DNA of 64,000 nucleotides, from assembly GCA_964579265.1 (NCBI GenBank), contig CAZOFO010000003.1, forward strand, positions 23,584-87,583, read 5' to 3'. The position numbers and the translations under genes are program-made. The notes beneath the pieces are model-generated. The model made no database searches and was not told where the DNA came from. It saw only the letters and a program-made list of their open reading frames with translations. The DNA is from Candidatus Micrarchaeota archaeon. GTDB lineage: Archaea; B1Sed10-29. Shown piece by piece: positions 37,164-46,303 of the stretch. The number at the start of each line of letters is the position of its first letter. The first letter of the stretch is position 1.

Positions 37164-37448
37164 TTATTCTTCTGTTTCTATAACTACGAAGTGTTTTTCT
37201 TTGCTTATTGGTTTACACTCTGCTACTTTTACTTTGTCTCCTTCTTCTATTTCTTTGCAGGGAGGTTTGTGAGCTGTTATTTTGCTGTGTCTCCTTTCGC
37301 TTCTTTCATATTTTGGTACTTTTACTAGGTATTCTCTTCTTCCTATGATTGTGTCTTTTGGTTTAGTTGATGTAACTTTTACTGTGAATCTGTCTCCGTG
37401 TGTTTTTATTGATCCGTGTTCAGGACAGTTTTTATCTGTACAGGTCAT
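37164..37448 (-). CDS. rps17: 30S ribosomal protein S17 (uS17)
   Basis: CPEHG, PKYER, AH-x-PPC, ECKPISK. Confidence 0.96.
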   Translation of the reverse strand: MTCTDKNCPEHGSIKTHGDRFTVKVTSTKPKDTIIGRREYLVKVPKYERSERRHSKITAHKPPCKEIEEGDKVKVAECKPISKEKHFVVIETEE

Positions 37449-37743
37449 TGTATTTCCTCCAGTTTTTCTTTATTCTGTCTTCAGGTCTGTGTTTTATTTT
37501 TTTACCTTTTATAGTGATTTTTTGGTTGTTTATGGTGAATTTGAATTTTGATGTTTTTTTTGGTATTGTTTTTTCTTTTCCTTTTTTTGTTTCGATTTTT
37601 ACCGTGTTTTTTGTTTCGTCTATTATTTTTCCAGTTATTTTTTCTTTGTTTGAGTCTGTGCTTTTTTTTACTTCTACTTCTCTTCCTATTAATTCGCCCA
37701 TTATTAATTGGGCTTTTTTCTTTCTTCTTTTTTCCTCCTGCAT
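37432..37743 (-). CDS. rnp1: Ribonuclease P protein component 1 (Rpp29)
   Basis: ELIG, G-x-IIDETKN, IPK, RPEDR. Confidence 0.93.
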   Translation of the reverse strand: MQEEKRRKKKAQLIMGELIGREVEVKKSTDSNKEKITGKIIDETKNTVKIETKKGKEKTIPKKTSKFKFTINNQKITIKGKKIKHRPEDRIKKNWRKYNDLYR

Positions 37744-37763
37744 TTTTTTCCTTTTTCTGTGGT

Positions 37764-38078
37764 TTATTTGATGTTTATTTGTTCTTCTGTGTAGTTCATG
37801 TCTTTTAATATTTCTTTCATTTTTCTTTTATGGTTTCCTTGTAGTTCTATTTTTCCTTTGTCTTCTTTGTATGTTCCTCCGCATGCTAGTTTCTTTTTCA
37901 GGTCGCTTGCCAGTGATTCTAGGTCTATTTCGTCTCCGAATCCTTCTACCACTGTCATTTCTTTTCCGTATCTTTTTTTCTCTATTTTTACTGTGATCTC
38001 TTGTTCTTCTTTGCTTATTTCTTCACATACACAGAGTTCTTTTGGCATTCCACATGTTGCGCAGACTTCTTGAGCCAT
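37764..38078 (-). CDS. Translation initiation factor aIF1 (SUI1)
   Basis: C-x-x-CG-x-P-x-ELCVCE, RYGK, LK..LACGGT, IELQG. Confidence 0.95.
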   Translation of the reverse strand: MAQEVCATCGMPKELCVCEEISKEEQEITVKIEKKRYGKEMTVVEGFGDEIDLESLASDLKKKLACGGTYKEDKGKIELQGNHKRKMKEILKDMNYTEEQINIK

Positions 38079-38285
38079 TTAGTTCTTTGCACCTCTTTCT
38101 TTTAATATTGTTTTTATCCTTGCGATTGTTCTTCTTATTTCTTTGATTCCTCCAGGGTTATCTGGTTGGGTTCCTGAAGCTATTGATGCTTTTTCTTGAG
38201 CTAGTTCGTTTTGTAGTTGATTTAATTGTTCTTTTAGTTCTTCGTTTCCCATTTCTCTTAGTTCGTGAATTTTCTTTATTGCCAT
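38079..38285 (-). CDS. rpl29: 50S ribosomal protein L29 (uL29)
   Basis: ELREM, NPG-x-I...RRTIARIKT. Confidence 0.95.
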   Translation of the reverse strand: MAIKKIHELREMGNEELKEQLNQLQNELAQEKASIASGTQPDNPGGIKEIRRTIARIKTILKERGAKN

Positions 38286-38286
38286 T

Positions 38287-38910
38287 TTAATCACTTTCTT
38301 CTTCTTTTATTTCTATGTATTCTTCTGGGTTTTTCTTGTCTCTGAATTGTGCTTCTGGTGGTGCTATTCTTACTTTTATTCCTACTTTTCCTTGTGGTAG
38401 TACTATGCTGTCTTTTGTTTCTCTTATTTTTTTGGTTTCTTCTCCTGCTTTTTTGAGATATCCTCTTTGTGCTTTTGCTTGTCTTGAGTAGGTGTTTGCT
38501 CCTGTTATGACTCCTGTGATTATGATCTCTGCTCCTATTGCTCCGTCATCCATGATGGCGTTTATTGCTTTTTTAGTCGCTCTGTTTGCTCTGATGCCTT
38601 TTGAAAGCATTGATTTTATCCAGTTACTAACTAGTTCTGGGTGTAGGTTTCTTCTTTCTACTTCTTCAACATCTATTTCTACATCTTCTAGTTTTAGGTC
38701 TTTTTCTAGTTTCTTTTTTATTCTTTTGACTGTTTTTCCTCTTTTACCTATTATTAATCCTGGTTTTTCTGCTGTTATTCTTATTCTGTGGCCTAAGGTT
38801 GTTTTTTCTATGTCTATGTTTACTATGCCTGCTTTTGATAGTTCTTCTCTTAGCAGTTCTTTTGCGTTTTGTGTTTTTATTGATCCTTTTACGAATTCTT
38901 TTTCTTTCAT
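38287..38910 (-). CDS. rps3: 30S ribosomal protein S3 (uS3)
   Basis: PGLIIGKRG, GA-x-G-x-EI, G-x-VGIKV. Confidence 0.95.
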   Translation of the reverse strand: MKEKEFVKGSIKTQNAKELLREELSKAGIVNIDIEKTTLGHRIRITAEKPGLIIGKRGKTVKRIKKKLEKDLKLEDVEIDVEEVERRNLHPELVSNWIKSMLSKGIRANRATKKAINAIMDDGAIGAEIIITGVITGANTYSRQAKAQRGYLKKAGEETKKIRETKDSIVLPQGKVGIKVRIAPPEAQFRDKKNPEEYIEIKEEESD

Positions 38911-38923
38911 TTTTTATCCTTTT

Positions 38924-39358
38924 TTATTTTTTGTTTTGTTTGATTACTATTTCGATGTCTGTTAGGTTTGTTGATCTTGCTCTTTGGTTTCTTCTTGGTT
39001 TTCTTACGGATCCTGATTTTTTTGCTGCTGAGTGGACTATTTTCATGTTTTCTGTTTCTAGTCCTTGGTTTTCAGCGTTGTTTAGGGCGTTTTGTATTGT
39101 TTCTTTTACTTTTTCTGCTGATTTTTTTGGGTATCCGCCCGGTGTTCCTTTTTTTCTGTGTGGTGTTTTTTTGTTGTATCTTTTGTAGGGGATGTATTCT
39201 TCTTTTTTTATCACTTTTTCCAGGTATTCTATTGCTTTTTTGGCTTTCATTTCTTTTACTGCTCTGCATGTTTCGATTGTTTTTTTTGGTGATACTGTTT
39301 CTCTTCTTTTTTTTGCTTTTGCCGTGTTTTCCATTGGTCCTTGGTAGCTGAAACTCAT
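38924..39358 (-). CDS. rpl22: 50S ribosomal protein L22 (uL22)
   Basis: SPK, IPYKRY, G-x-YPKK, NAENQGL. Confidence 0.95.
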   Translation of the reverse strand: MSFSYQGPMENTAKAKKRRETVSPKKTIETCRAVKEMKAKKAIEYLEKVIKKEEYIPYKRYNKKTPHRKKGTPGGYPKKSAEKVKETIQNALNNAENQGLETENMKIVHSAAKKSGSVRKPRRNQRARSTNLTDIEIVIKQNKK

Positions 39359-39369
39359 TTTTATCACTT

Positions 39370-39762
39370 TTATTTGACGGATAGGAATTTGGTTCCTCTT
39401 GTTGCTCCGATTCCTGGTCCTGAGTGTTTGACTTTTTCTAATCTTGGTAGTGCGAATTCTCCTAGGTAGTGACCGATCATTTTAGGTTTTATTTCGATTG
39501 TTTTCCATTCTTTTCCGTTATATACTTTTATTTTTTCGTTGAATATTTCTGGTAAGATTATGAGGTCTCTTTGATGTGTTTTTACGAGTTCGTTGCCGTT
39601 GTTATTTTTTATTTTTTCAATTAGTTTTTCTTGTTCGTTTGTTAGTCCTCTTTTTAGAGTTCTTCTTTGTCTTGCGGGTAGTAGTTCGGCTATTTCTTCT
39701 CTGCTCATTTTCTTTAGTTCTTTTGGTGTTTTTCCTCTGTATTTGAATTCTTCTTTAGCCAT
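39370..39762 (-). CDS. rps19: 30S ribosomal protein S19 (uS19)
   Basis: KTHQRD, YNGK, MIGHYLGEF, PGIGATR. Confidence 0.96.
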   Translation of the reverse strand: MAKEEFKYRGKTPKELKKMSREEIAELLPARQRRTLKRGLTNEQEKLIEKIKNNNGNELVKTHQRDLIILPEIFNEKIKVYNGKEWKTIEIKPKMIGHYLGEFALPRLEKVKHSGPGIGATRGTKFLSVK

Positions 39763-39779
39763 TTTTTGCACCTCTTATT

Positions 39780-40499
39780 TTATTTTTTGTTTTTTCCTTT
39801 CTTTTTCCCTGTTTGTTTTGATCCGAATGATCCTACGTGTTGTCCAGGAGGGGCTGTTTTTCCTTTTTTGGTGACTGTTTGTCTTCCAGTTCCTCCGAAT
39901 GGGTGGTCCACTGCGTTCATTGCTACTCCTCTTACTGTTGGGAATTTTTGTCCTCTTGCTTTTTTCTTGTGGTATTGTTTTCCTGCTTTTAGTATTGGTT
40001 TTTCTGTTCTTCCTCCACCTGCTGCTTTTCCTATTGTTGCTCTGCATTTTGGATGGAATTCTTTGATTGTTTTGCTTGGTAGTGTGACTTGTATTTTTGT
40101 TTTTTCTTTTGCTGTGACCCAGCTTAGTGCTCCTGATGATCTTGCTATTTTTCCTCCGTCTCCTGGAGTGTTTTCTATGTTGTATACTGGGTATCCTTCC
40201 GGTATGTTTTGTAGTGATGTGATGTTGTGTAGGTTAGGTTCTGCTTTATATCCTGTTTTTATTTTTTCCCCTATTTTTGCTCCTTCGGGCGCTGGGAGAT
40301 AACCTTTTTCTCCTGTTTCATATTTTAGCTCCATTATTAACGCGGTTCTTGATGGATCGTTTATTATGTCTTGTATTTGTGCTTCTGTTTCTTTTTCTGC
40401 GTTTTCTCTGTATCTTGTGATGGCTTTGAATCTGTGTGATTTTGCTTTGTAGGTTGGTGTTCCTTTTCCTCTTCTTTGTTGTCTTAGTCTTCTTCCCAT
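39780..40499 (-). CDS. rpl2: 50S ribosomal protein L2 (uL2)
   Basis: QRRGKG, PGDGG, VRGVAMNAVDHPFGG. Confidence 0.97.
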   Translation of the reverse strand: MGRRLRQQRRGKGTPTYKAKSHRFKAITRYRENAEKETEAQIQDIINDPSRTALIMELKYETGEKGYLPAPEGAKIGEKIKTGYKAEPNLHNITSLQNIPEGYPVYNIENTPGDGGKIARSSGALSWVTAKEKTKIQVTLPSKTIKEFHPKCRATIGKAAGGGRTEKPILKAGKQYHKKKARGQKFPTVRGVAMNAVDHPFGGTGRQTVTKKGKTAPPGQHVGSFGSKQTGKKKGKNKK

Positions 40500-40512
40500 T
40501 TTGTTCACCTTT

Positions 40513-40788
40513 TTATATTAGTTGTAGGTCTGTTGCTAGATCCATTGCGTTGTAGTCTGATGTTAGTTTTACTATTGCTTTTTTTGTGTTTTCCATTGTA
40601 TTTAAGGTATTTATGTCTTCTACTTCGACTTCGTATAGTTCTTCTATTGCTTTTTTTATCTGTTTTTTGTTTGCGTTTTGTTTAACTATGAATGTTAATT
40701 TGTTTTCTAGCTCTATTGAATTCATGGCTTTTTCAGATAGTACAGGGTATTCTACTATTTCTCTTGGTTTTATCTGTTTTTCAGCCAT
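40513..40788 (-). CDS. rpl23: 50S ribosomal protein L23 (uL23)
   Basis: SEKA, N-x-LTFIV, KKAIVKL. Confidence 0.95.
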   Translation of the reverse strand: MAEKQIKPREIVEYPVLSEKAMNSIELENKLTFIVKQNANKKQIKKAIEELYEVEVEDINTLNTMENTKKAIVKLTSDYNAMDLATDLQLI

Positions 40789-40800
40789 TTTTGATCACTT

Positions 40801-41619
40801 TTAATTGTTTTGTATTTTGTTTTTTATTTTTTTGATCGCGTCTTCAGTGTATATTGTGAGTCTTCCAGGTTGTCCTCCTGGTGCGAGTTGTTCTATTGAT
40901 AGTTCTTTTACTGTTGTTGCTTCTGCTCCAGGTATGTTCCGTGTTGCTCTCTTTATTCCGTTGTTTTTTCCAGTTACTATTAGTGCTGTTTTTCTATATT
41001 TGTTTTTTCTTCCTCTTGCTTTTCCTTTTCCTGCTCTTGTTTTTTTATTTTTTGATTTTTCTAGGTCTTTTTTTATTCCTATTTCTTCAAGTAGTTTTGT
41101 TATTTCTTTTGTTTTTTTGTATTTTTCAGCTTCGTTGTCTATTATTATTGGTAATTCTAGGTCTTCAGGTATTTTATGTCCTCTTTTTTCTATTGTTTCT
41201 CTGTTTGCTGTGGCTTTTATTGCTTCTTCTAGGGCTCTGTTTTTTTCTTTTTTGTTTATTTCTTTTTCTATTTTTTCTTCTGATCTTGGTGGATGTGCTC
41301 TGTGTCCTCCTCTTGCTTGTGGTACTCTTTTTACTTCTCCAGGTATTCCTCCAGGATGTATTACTCTTGGTAGTCTTGCTCTTCCGCTGTTTCTTGTTCT
41401 TATGTATACTCCTCTTCTTCCTCTGTATCTTGCAGTTGTTCTGAATCCTGCTCTTAAGTCGCTTCCTTTTTGCTGATGTTTTTTACTTCTTTCTGATTTG
41501 TGAGCTTTTTGGATTAGGTCTTTCCTTTCTGTTTTTTCTTGAAGGATTCTTGGAACTTCTATCTTTTTCTCTTTATTTTTTCCTGTGCTGTGCACTTTTA
41601 CTTTTTTTCCTTTTGTCAT
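40801..41619 (-). CDS. rpl4: 50S ribosomal protein L4 (uL4)
   Basis: GGHRAHPP, INKKE, RAGKGK-x-RGR, LAPGG-x-PGRLT. Confidence 0.96.
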   Translation of the reverse strand: MTKGKKVKVHSTGKNKEKKIEVPRILQEKTERKDLIQKAHKSERSKKHQQKGSDLRAGFRTTARYRGRRGVYIRTRNSGRARLPRVIHPGGIPGEVKRVPQARGGHRAHPPRSEEKIEKEINKKEKNRALEEAIKATANRETIEKRGHKIPEDLELPIIIDNEAEKYKKTKEITKLLEEIGIKKDLEKSKNKKTRAGKGKARGRKNKYRKTALIVTGKNNGIKRATRNIPGAEATTVKELSIEQLAPGGQPGRLTIYTEDAIKKIKNKIQNN

Positions 41620-41632
41620 TTTTATCTCCTTT

Positions 41633-42616
41633 TTATTTTCCTTGATGTGATGTTGTTGCTATTTTTTTGATTTCGAGTGTTCCTTCTTTTTTTGGAGGTC
41701 TTACTGCGTGTCTTAGAAGTATTGGTCTTTTAGCTGGTCCTGGTACGCTTCCTTTTATTAGCATGTATTGGTTTTTTACTTCTCCGTAGTTTTTGTATCC
41801 TCCTTTTGGTGTGGTTTCTTCTCCGTTCTCTCCTATTTTTAGTATTTGTTTATTTAACTCGGTTCTTTTGTGAAATCCTGTCTGTCCGCTCATTGGGACT
41901 GTCCACAGTATTCTTGGAGGGTGCCATCCTCCTAGTGATCCAGGGTGTCTTATGCGTTTTTTTGCTTTTCTTACCTGGGTCTTTATTCCAAATCTTTTTA
42001 CTGGTCCTTGTGTTCCTTTTCCTTTTGTTACTCCTATTACGTCTGTGTATTGTCCTTCTTTGAACACGTCTTCGAGTTTTATTTCTTTTCCAAGTAGTTT
42101 TTCTGCTTTTTCTAGTCTTTTTTCTTGGTTTGGCCCTTGGACTGGTATCTCTAGTATTTCAGGTTTCTTCTTTCCTATTTTGGTTCTTTTTGGTTGTGTG
42201 TGTACCATTAGTCTTACTTCTTCTGTTTTTTCTGTTTCTTTGGTTTTTTCTTCGTTGCCTTTCCCTTCTCCTATCTGTATTTTTTCTTTTATTTCCTTGT
42301 CTATTTGATCTGAGTAGTATTGTGAATGTGGTTTTAGCCCTTCCTGTGTGTTTCTGTAGGTTCTTATCCCGTAAGTTTTTAGTGGAGGGCATTCTATTGT
42401 GGTTACTGGAACCTGTTTTTGTTTTCCATAAGTAGGTGAATCTTGATCTGTGTCTAATGCCATTACGTGAGTCATGCCTGCTTTGTAACCTAGGAATCCT
42501 TCTATTCTTTCTTCTTTTGTTTTTTGATAATTCTTTAAGTTAGGGTATGTCTTTTTTGCTTTTTTGAATGGTCTGTGTGCTTTTGAACCGTGTCTTGGCC
42601 TATTGGTTTTTACCAT
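41633..42616 (-). CDS. rpl3: 50S ribosomal protein L3 (uL3)
   Basis: PRHGS, GYKAGMTH, TKGKG-x-QGPVKR, KGSVPG. Confidence 0.97.
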   Translation of the reverse strand: MVKTNRPRHGSKAHRPFKKAKKTYPNLKNYQKTKEERIEGFLGYKAGMTHVMALDTDQDSPTYGKQKQVPVTTIECPPLKTYGIRTYRNTQEGLKPHSQYYSDQIDKEIKEKIQIGEGKGNEEKTKETEKTEEVRLMVHTQPKRTKIGKKKPEILEIPVQGPNQEKRLEKAEKLLGKEIKLEDVFKEGQYTDVIGVTKGKGTQGPVKRFGIKTQVRKAKKRIRHPGSLGGWHPPRILWTVPMSGQTGFHKRTELNKQILKIGENGEETTPKGGYKNYGEVKNQYMLIKGSVPGPAKRPILLRHAVRPPKKEGTLEIKKIATTSHQGK

Positions 42617-42655
42617 TTCTTATTCACCTTTCTTTTAGGTATTTTTTGATGGTTA

Positions 42656-42743
42656 TACGTTGCTCCTTTTTTGTTTGGCTCCCTTTAGAAAAGTAGGTTC
42701 TCTCAAACCCACTTTCAACGTATTTAACGTTGTAGTTTGGGAG
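42656..42743 (-). promoter_or_regulatory. Structured leader upstream of rpl3 with alternative hairpins
   Basis: Several overlapping inverted repeats in an otherwise low-complexity AT-rich intergenic region. Confidence 0.4.
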
Positions 42744-42851
42744 GTTTAATATGAGATTATAATTAGTTTCTTTCTTTTTCTCTGTTTTTACTTCTTTTTT
42801 GTTGCTGTTTTTTCTCGTATATATCTTTTCCTCATTGGTGTTTATATAAGT

Positions 42852-43298
42852 TTATTTGTTTTGCTTATTTTTTCCCTTTTTTGGGTGTTTTTTCTTTTTT
42901 ATGTAATCTTTTACTATTTTATCGTGGTCGAACCCTGTTTCTTCTTTTTCTATTTCCACGGGTTTTTTCCATTTTGTTTCGTTTGCTTCATAGTTTGTTT
43001 TTAATTTTTTTTCTGCTTCTTTTTTATCTTTTTCTTTTGTTATGTATGCTATTGATACGTATCTTCCTCTTGGATCTCTTCCTGGTTCTGAGTATACTCC
43101 TAGTAGTTTTTCTATTTCTATATCTAGGTTGGTTTCTTCTTTTGCTTCTCTTTTAGCTGTTTTTTCTATTTTTTCATCTTTCTTCATTTTTCCTCCGGGC
43201 AGAACCCATTTTCCTTTGAATGGTGTTACGTCTCTTTTTATTAGAAGTATTTCTCCTTTTTTATTTGGTATTACTATATCTGCGGCTAATTTAACCAT
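42852..43298 (-). CDS. NUDIX hydrolase
   Basis: W-x-LPGG..DE....AKREAKEETNL Nudix box; RDPR. Confidence 0.92.
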   Translation of the reverse strand: MVKLAADIVIPNKKGEILLIKRDVTPFKGKWVLPGGKMKKDEKIEKTAKREAKEETNLDIEIEKLLGVYSEPGRDPRGRYVSIAYITKEKDKKEAEKKLKTNYEANETKWKKPVEIEKEETGFDHDKIVKDYIKKKKHPKKGKNKQNK

Positions 43299-43307
43299 TT
43301 TTTATCA

Positions 43308-43679
43308 CTATGCGGTCCAGGATATGAAGTATCCGAAGAAGAAAAGCATTATGCTTATTAGGAACTGTGTGCTGGTTACTAGGTGAATTGTTGTTTGTTT
43401 TGTGAGTATTGTTATTGCTATTGCGGTGAGGGTTGGCAGGTAGAGTGATCTTCCTATTATTAATTTAAATTTTCTATTTGTTTTACATGTTTTTAATAGT
43501 CCTCTGAGCCCTATTAGCGTTAAGAGGGTGCCTAGTATGAAAGTTGATCGTATCCAGGGAACTATTCCTACTAATCCTTTTACGTATTCTGTTCCGTATA
43601 TGGTTACATCTAGTGTTATTAGTAGCATTATCAGGCCGATTTGGAATATTTTTCCCCAGAGATATTTTGATAGCACCAT
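43308..43679 (-). CDS. Hypothetical membrane protein (about 4 TM)
   Basis: Hydrophobic 123-aa ORF, ATG start, co-oriented with neighbours, A-ending codon style. Confidence 0.6.
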   Translation of the reverse strand: MVLSKYLWGKIFQIGLIMLLITLDVTIYGTEYVKGLVGIVPWIRSTFILGTLLTLIGLRGLLKTCKTNRKFKLIIGRSLYLPTLTAIAITILTKQTTIHLVTSTQFLISIMLFFFGYFISWTA

Positions 43680-43765
43680 GTTTATAGATAAGTGGAGCAG
43701 GGTTTAAAGTTCTGTTGTTCTCTTCGTTTTTTCAGATGAAGAAGTATTTTTTAAAAAAGTTTGCA

Positions 43766-43847
43766 CGCCGGGAAAGGGATTCGAACCCTTGAGGCCGTAA
43801 GGCCACCGGCCCTCAAAACCGGCGCATTACCGCTCTGCCATCCCGGC
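43766..43847 (-). tRNA. tRNA-Ser(TGA)
   Basis: GCCGGGA/TCCCGGC acceptor, CCGGT-TTTGAGG-GCCGG, long variable arm, G73. Confidence 0.93.
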
Positions 43848-43968
43848 TTAATTGTATTTCTTAATAATAGTTTAGATTCTTGTAGTAAAAAACTGCTTGG
43901 GTGAGCCTGAGTAAGGGGAGAATATAGGGAATATTTTAGTTTGTTTTTAGGGTAAGATAGTGTATTTT

Positions 43969-44475
43969 TTATTTGTTGTCTCCTTTTGCTTTCTTTACTT
44001 TTTCCGCGTATTCTGTTTTTTCTTTTTCTGCCCATTCTTCAGGATATTGTTTTATTATTTTTCCTTCCTTGTTTTTTGTTATCATTTCCTTTATTCCAGC
44101 ATTTATTAGTACTCTTTTACATCTGCTGCATGGTTTTGATTTTGTTCTTTCTTCTGTTTCAGGGTCTACTCCTATTATGTAGAGTTTTCCTCCTTTTATC
44201 TGTGTTCCTTGTCTAGCTGCATTTACCACTGCGTTTTCTTCTGAGTGTACTGCTGGGCATAAGTCGTATCTTCCGTATCTAGGTGCATTGGCTTCGTTTT
44301 TGAGGCATCCTTCTTTGCAGTTTGTGCTTCCTCTGGGTGGGCCGTTGTATCCAGTTGAGACTATTGCATCGTTTTTAACTATTATTGATCCGAATTTTCT
44401 TCTTTTGCATGGGCTTCTTTTTCCTACTGCTCTGGCTATTTTTAAGTAGTATTCGTCTTTTTCTGGTCTTGGCAT
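43969..44475 (-). CDS. dCMP deaminase-family protein
   Basis: RS-x-C-x-RR, TGYNG, HSEENA, PC-x-x-C. Confidence 0.9.
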   Translation of the reverse strand: MPRPEKDEYYLKIARAVGKRSPCKRRKFGSIIVKNDAIVSTGYNGPPRGSTNCKEGCLKNEANAPRYGRYDLCPAVHSEENAVVNAARQGTQIKGGKLYIIGVDPETEERTKSKPCSRCKRVLINAGIKEMITKNKEGKIIKQYPEEWAEKEKTEYAEKVKKAKGDNK

Positions 44476-44511
44476 TTTCTTGCCTCTTGTATTTTTTTGA
44501 GTTTTGGAGAA

Positions 44512-44829
44512 TTATTCTTCTTCTTTTAGTTCTATCTCGATTTTTACTTCTGAGGGTACTTCTGTTCTCATTATTTGTCTGAGTGTTCTTTCGTCGGACT
44601 CTATTTCTATTAGTCTTTTGTGTACTCTCATTTTCCAGTTTTCGAATGTTCTGGATCCGTCTCCGCATGGGCTTTTCATGGTGCTGACTTTCATTTCTTT
44701 TGTTGGTAGTGGTATTGGTCCTGAAATGTTTATACCTGTTTTTTCAGCTATCCTTTTGATTTCTTCGCATAGTTCTTCTAGTTTCTGATGGTCTGGGCTT
44801 ATTGCTCTTATTTTTGCTTTTTGTGGCAT
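44512..44829 (-). CDS. rps10: 30S ribosomal protein S10 (uS10)
   Basis: GPIPLPTK, KSPCGDGS, RVHKRLI. Confidence 0.97.
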   Translation of the reverse strand: MPQKAKIRAISPDHQKLEELCEEIKRIAEKTGINISGPIPLPTKEMKVSTMKSPCGDGSRTFENWKMRVHKRLIEIESDERTLRQIMRTEVPSEVKIEIELKEEE

Positions 44830-44874
44830 TGTTCAGCACCTTGTCTGTTTTTTTAGATTTTTCTCCTGTATATT

Positions 44875-44899
44875 AAAAGAAAAGGAGAGGGGTTGGGGT
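44875..44899 (-). terminator. Putative pyrimidine-rich terminator/processing signal after tuf
   Basis: Transcript CCCCAACCCCUCUCCUUUUCUUUU directly after the stop codon, unlike the A-rich intergenic background. Confidence 0.4.
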
Positions 44900-44900
44900 T

Positions 44901-46178
<1,278 letters not shown>

Positions 46179-46303
46179 GTAAGCACCTCCATTAGTGTTA
46201 GTTTTATGATGGGTACTGCATTTTCACAGTACCTTTTCTGCTCTACCTATATTGTTCTTATTCTTATTTAAATACTTTGTAGAGTCTCTTTGAATTTGCT
46301 TTT

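Noticed and set aside
46212..46233. GGTACTG/CAGTACC hairpin in the fusA-tuf spacer
   Set aside because: A single 7-bp stem with no further motif; plausible stabiliser or terminator but not supportable.
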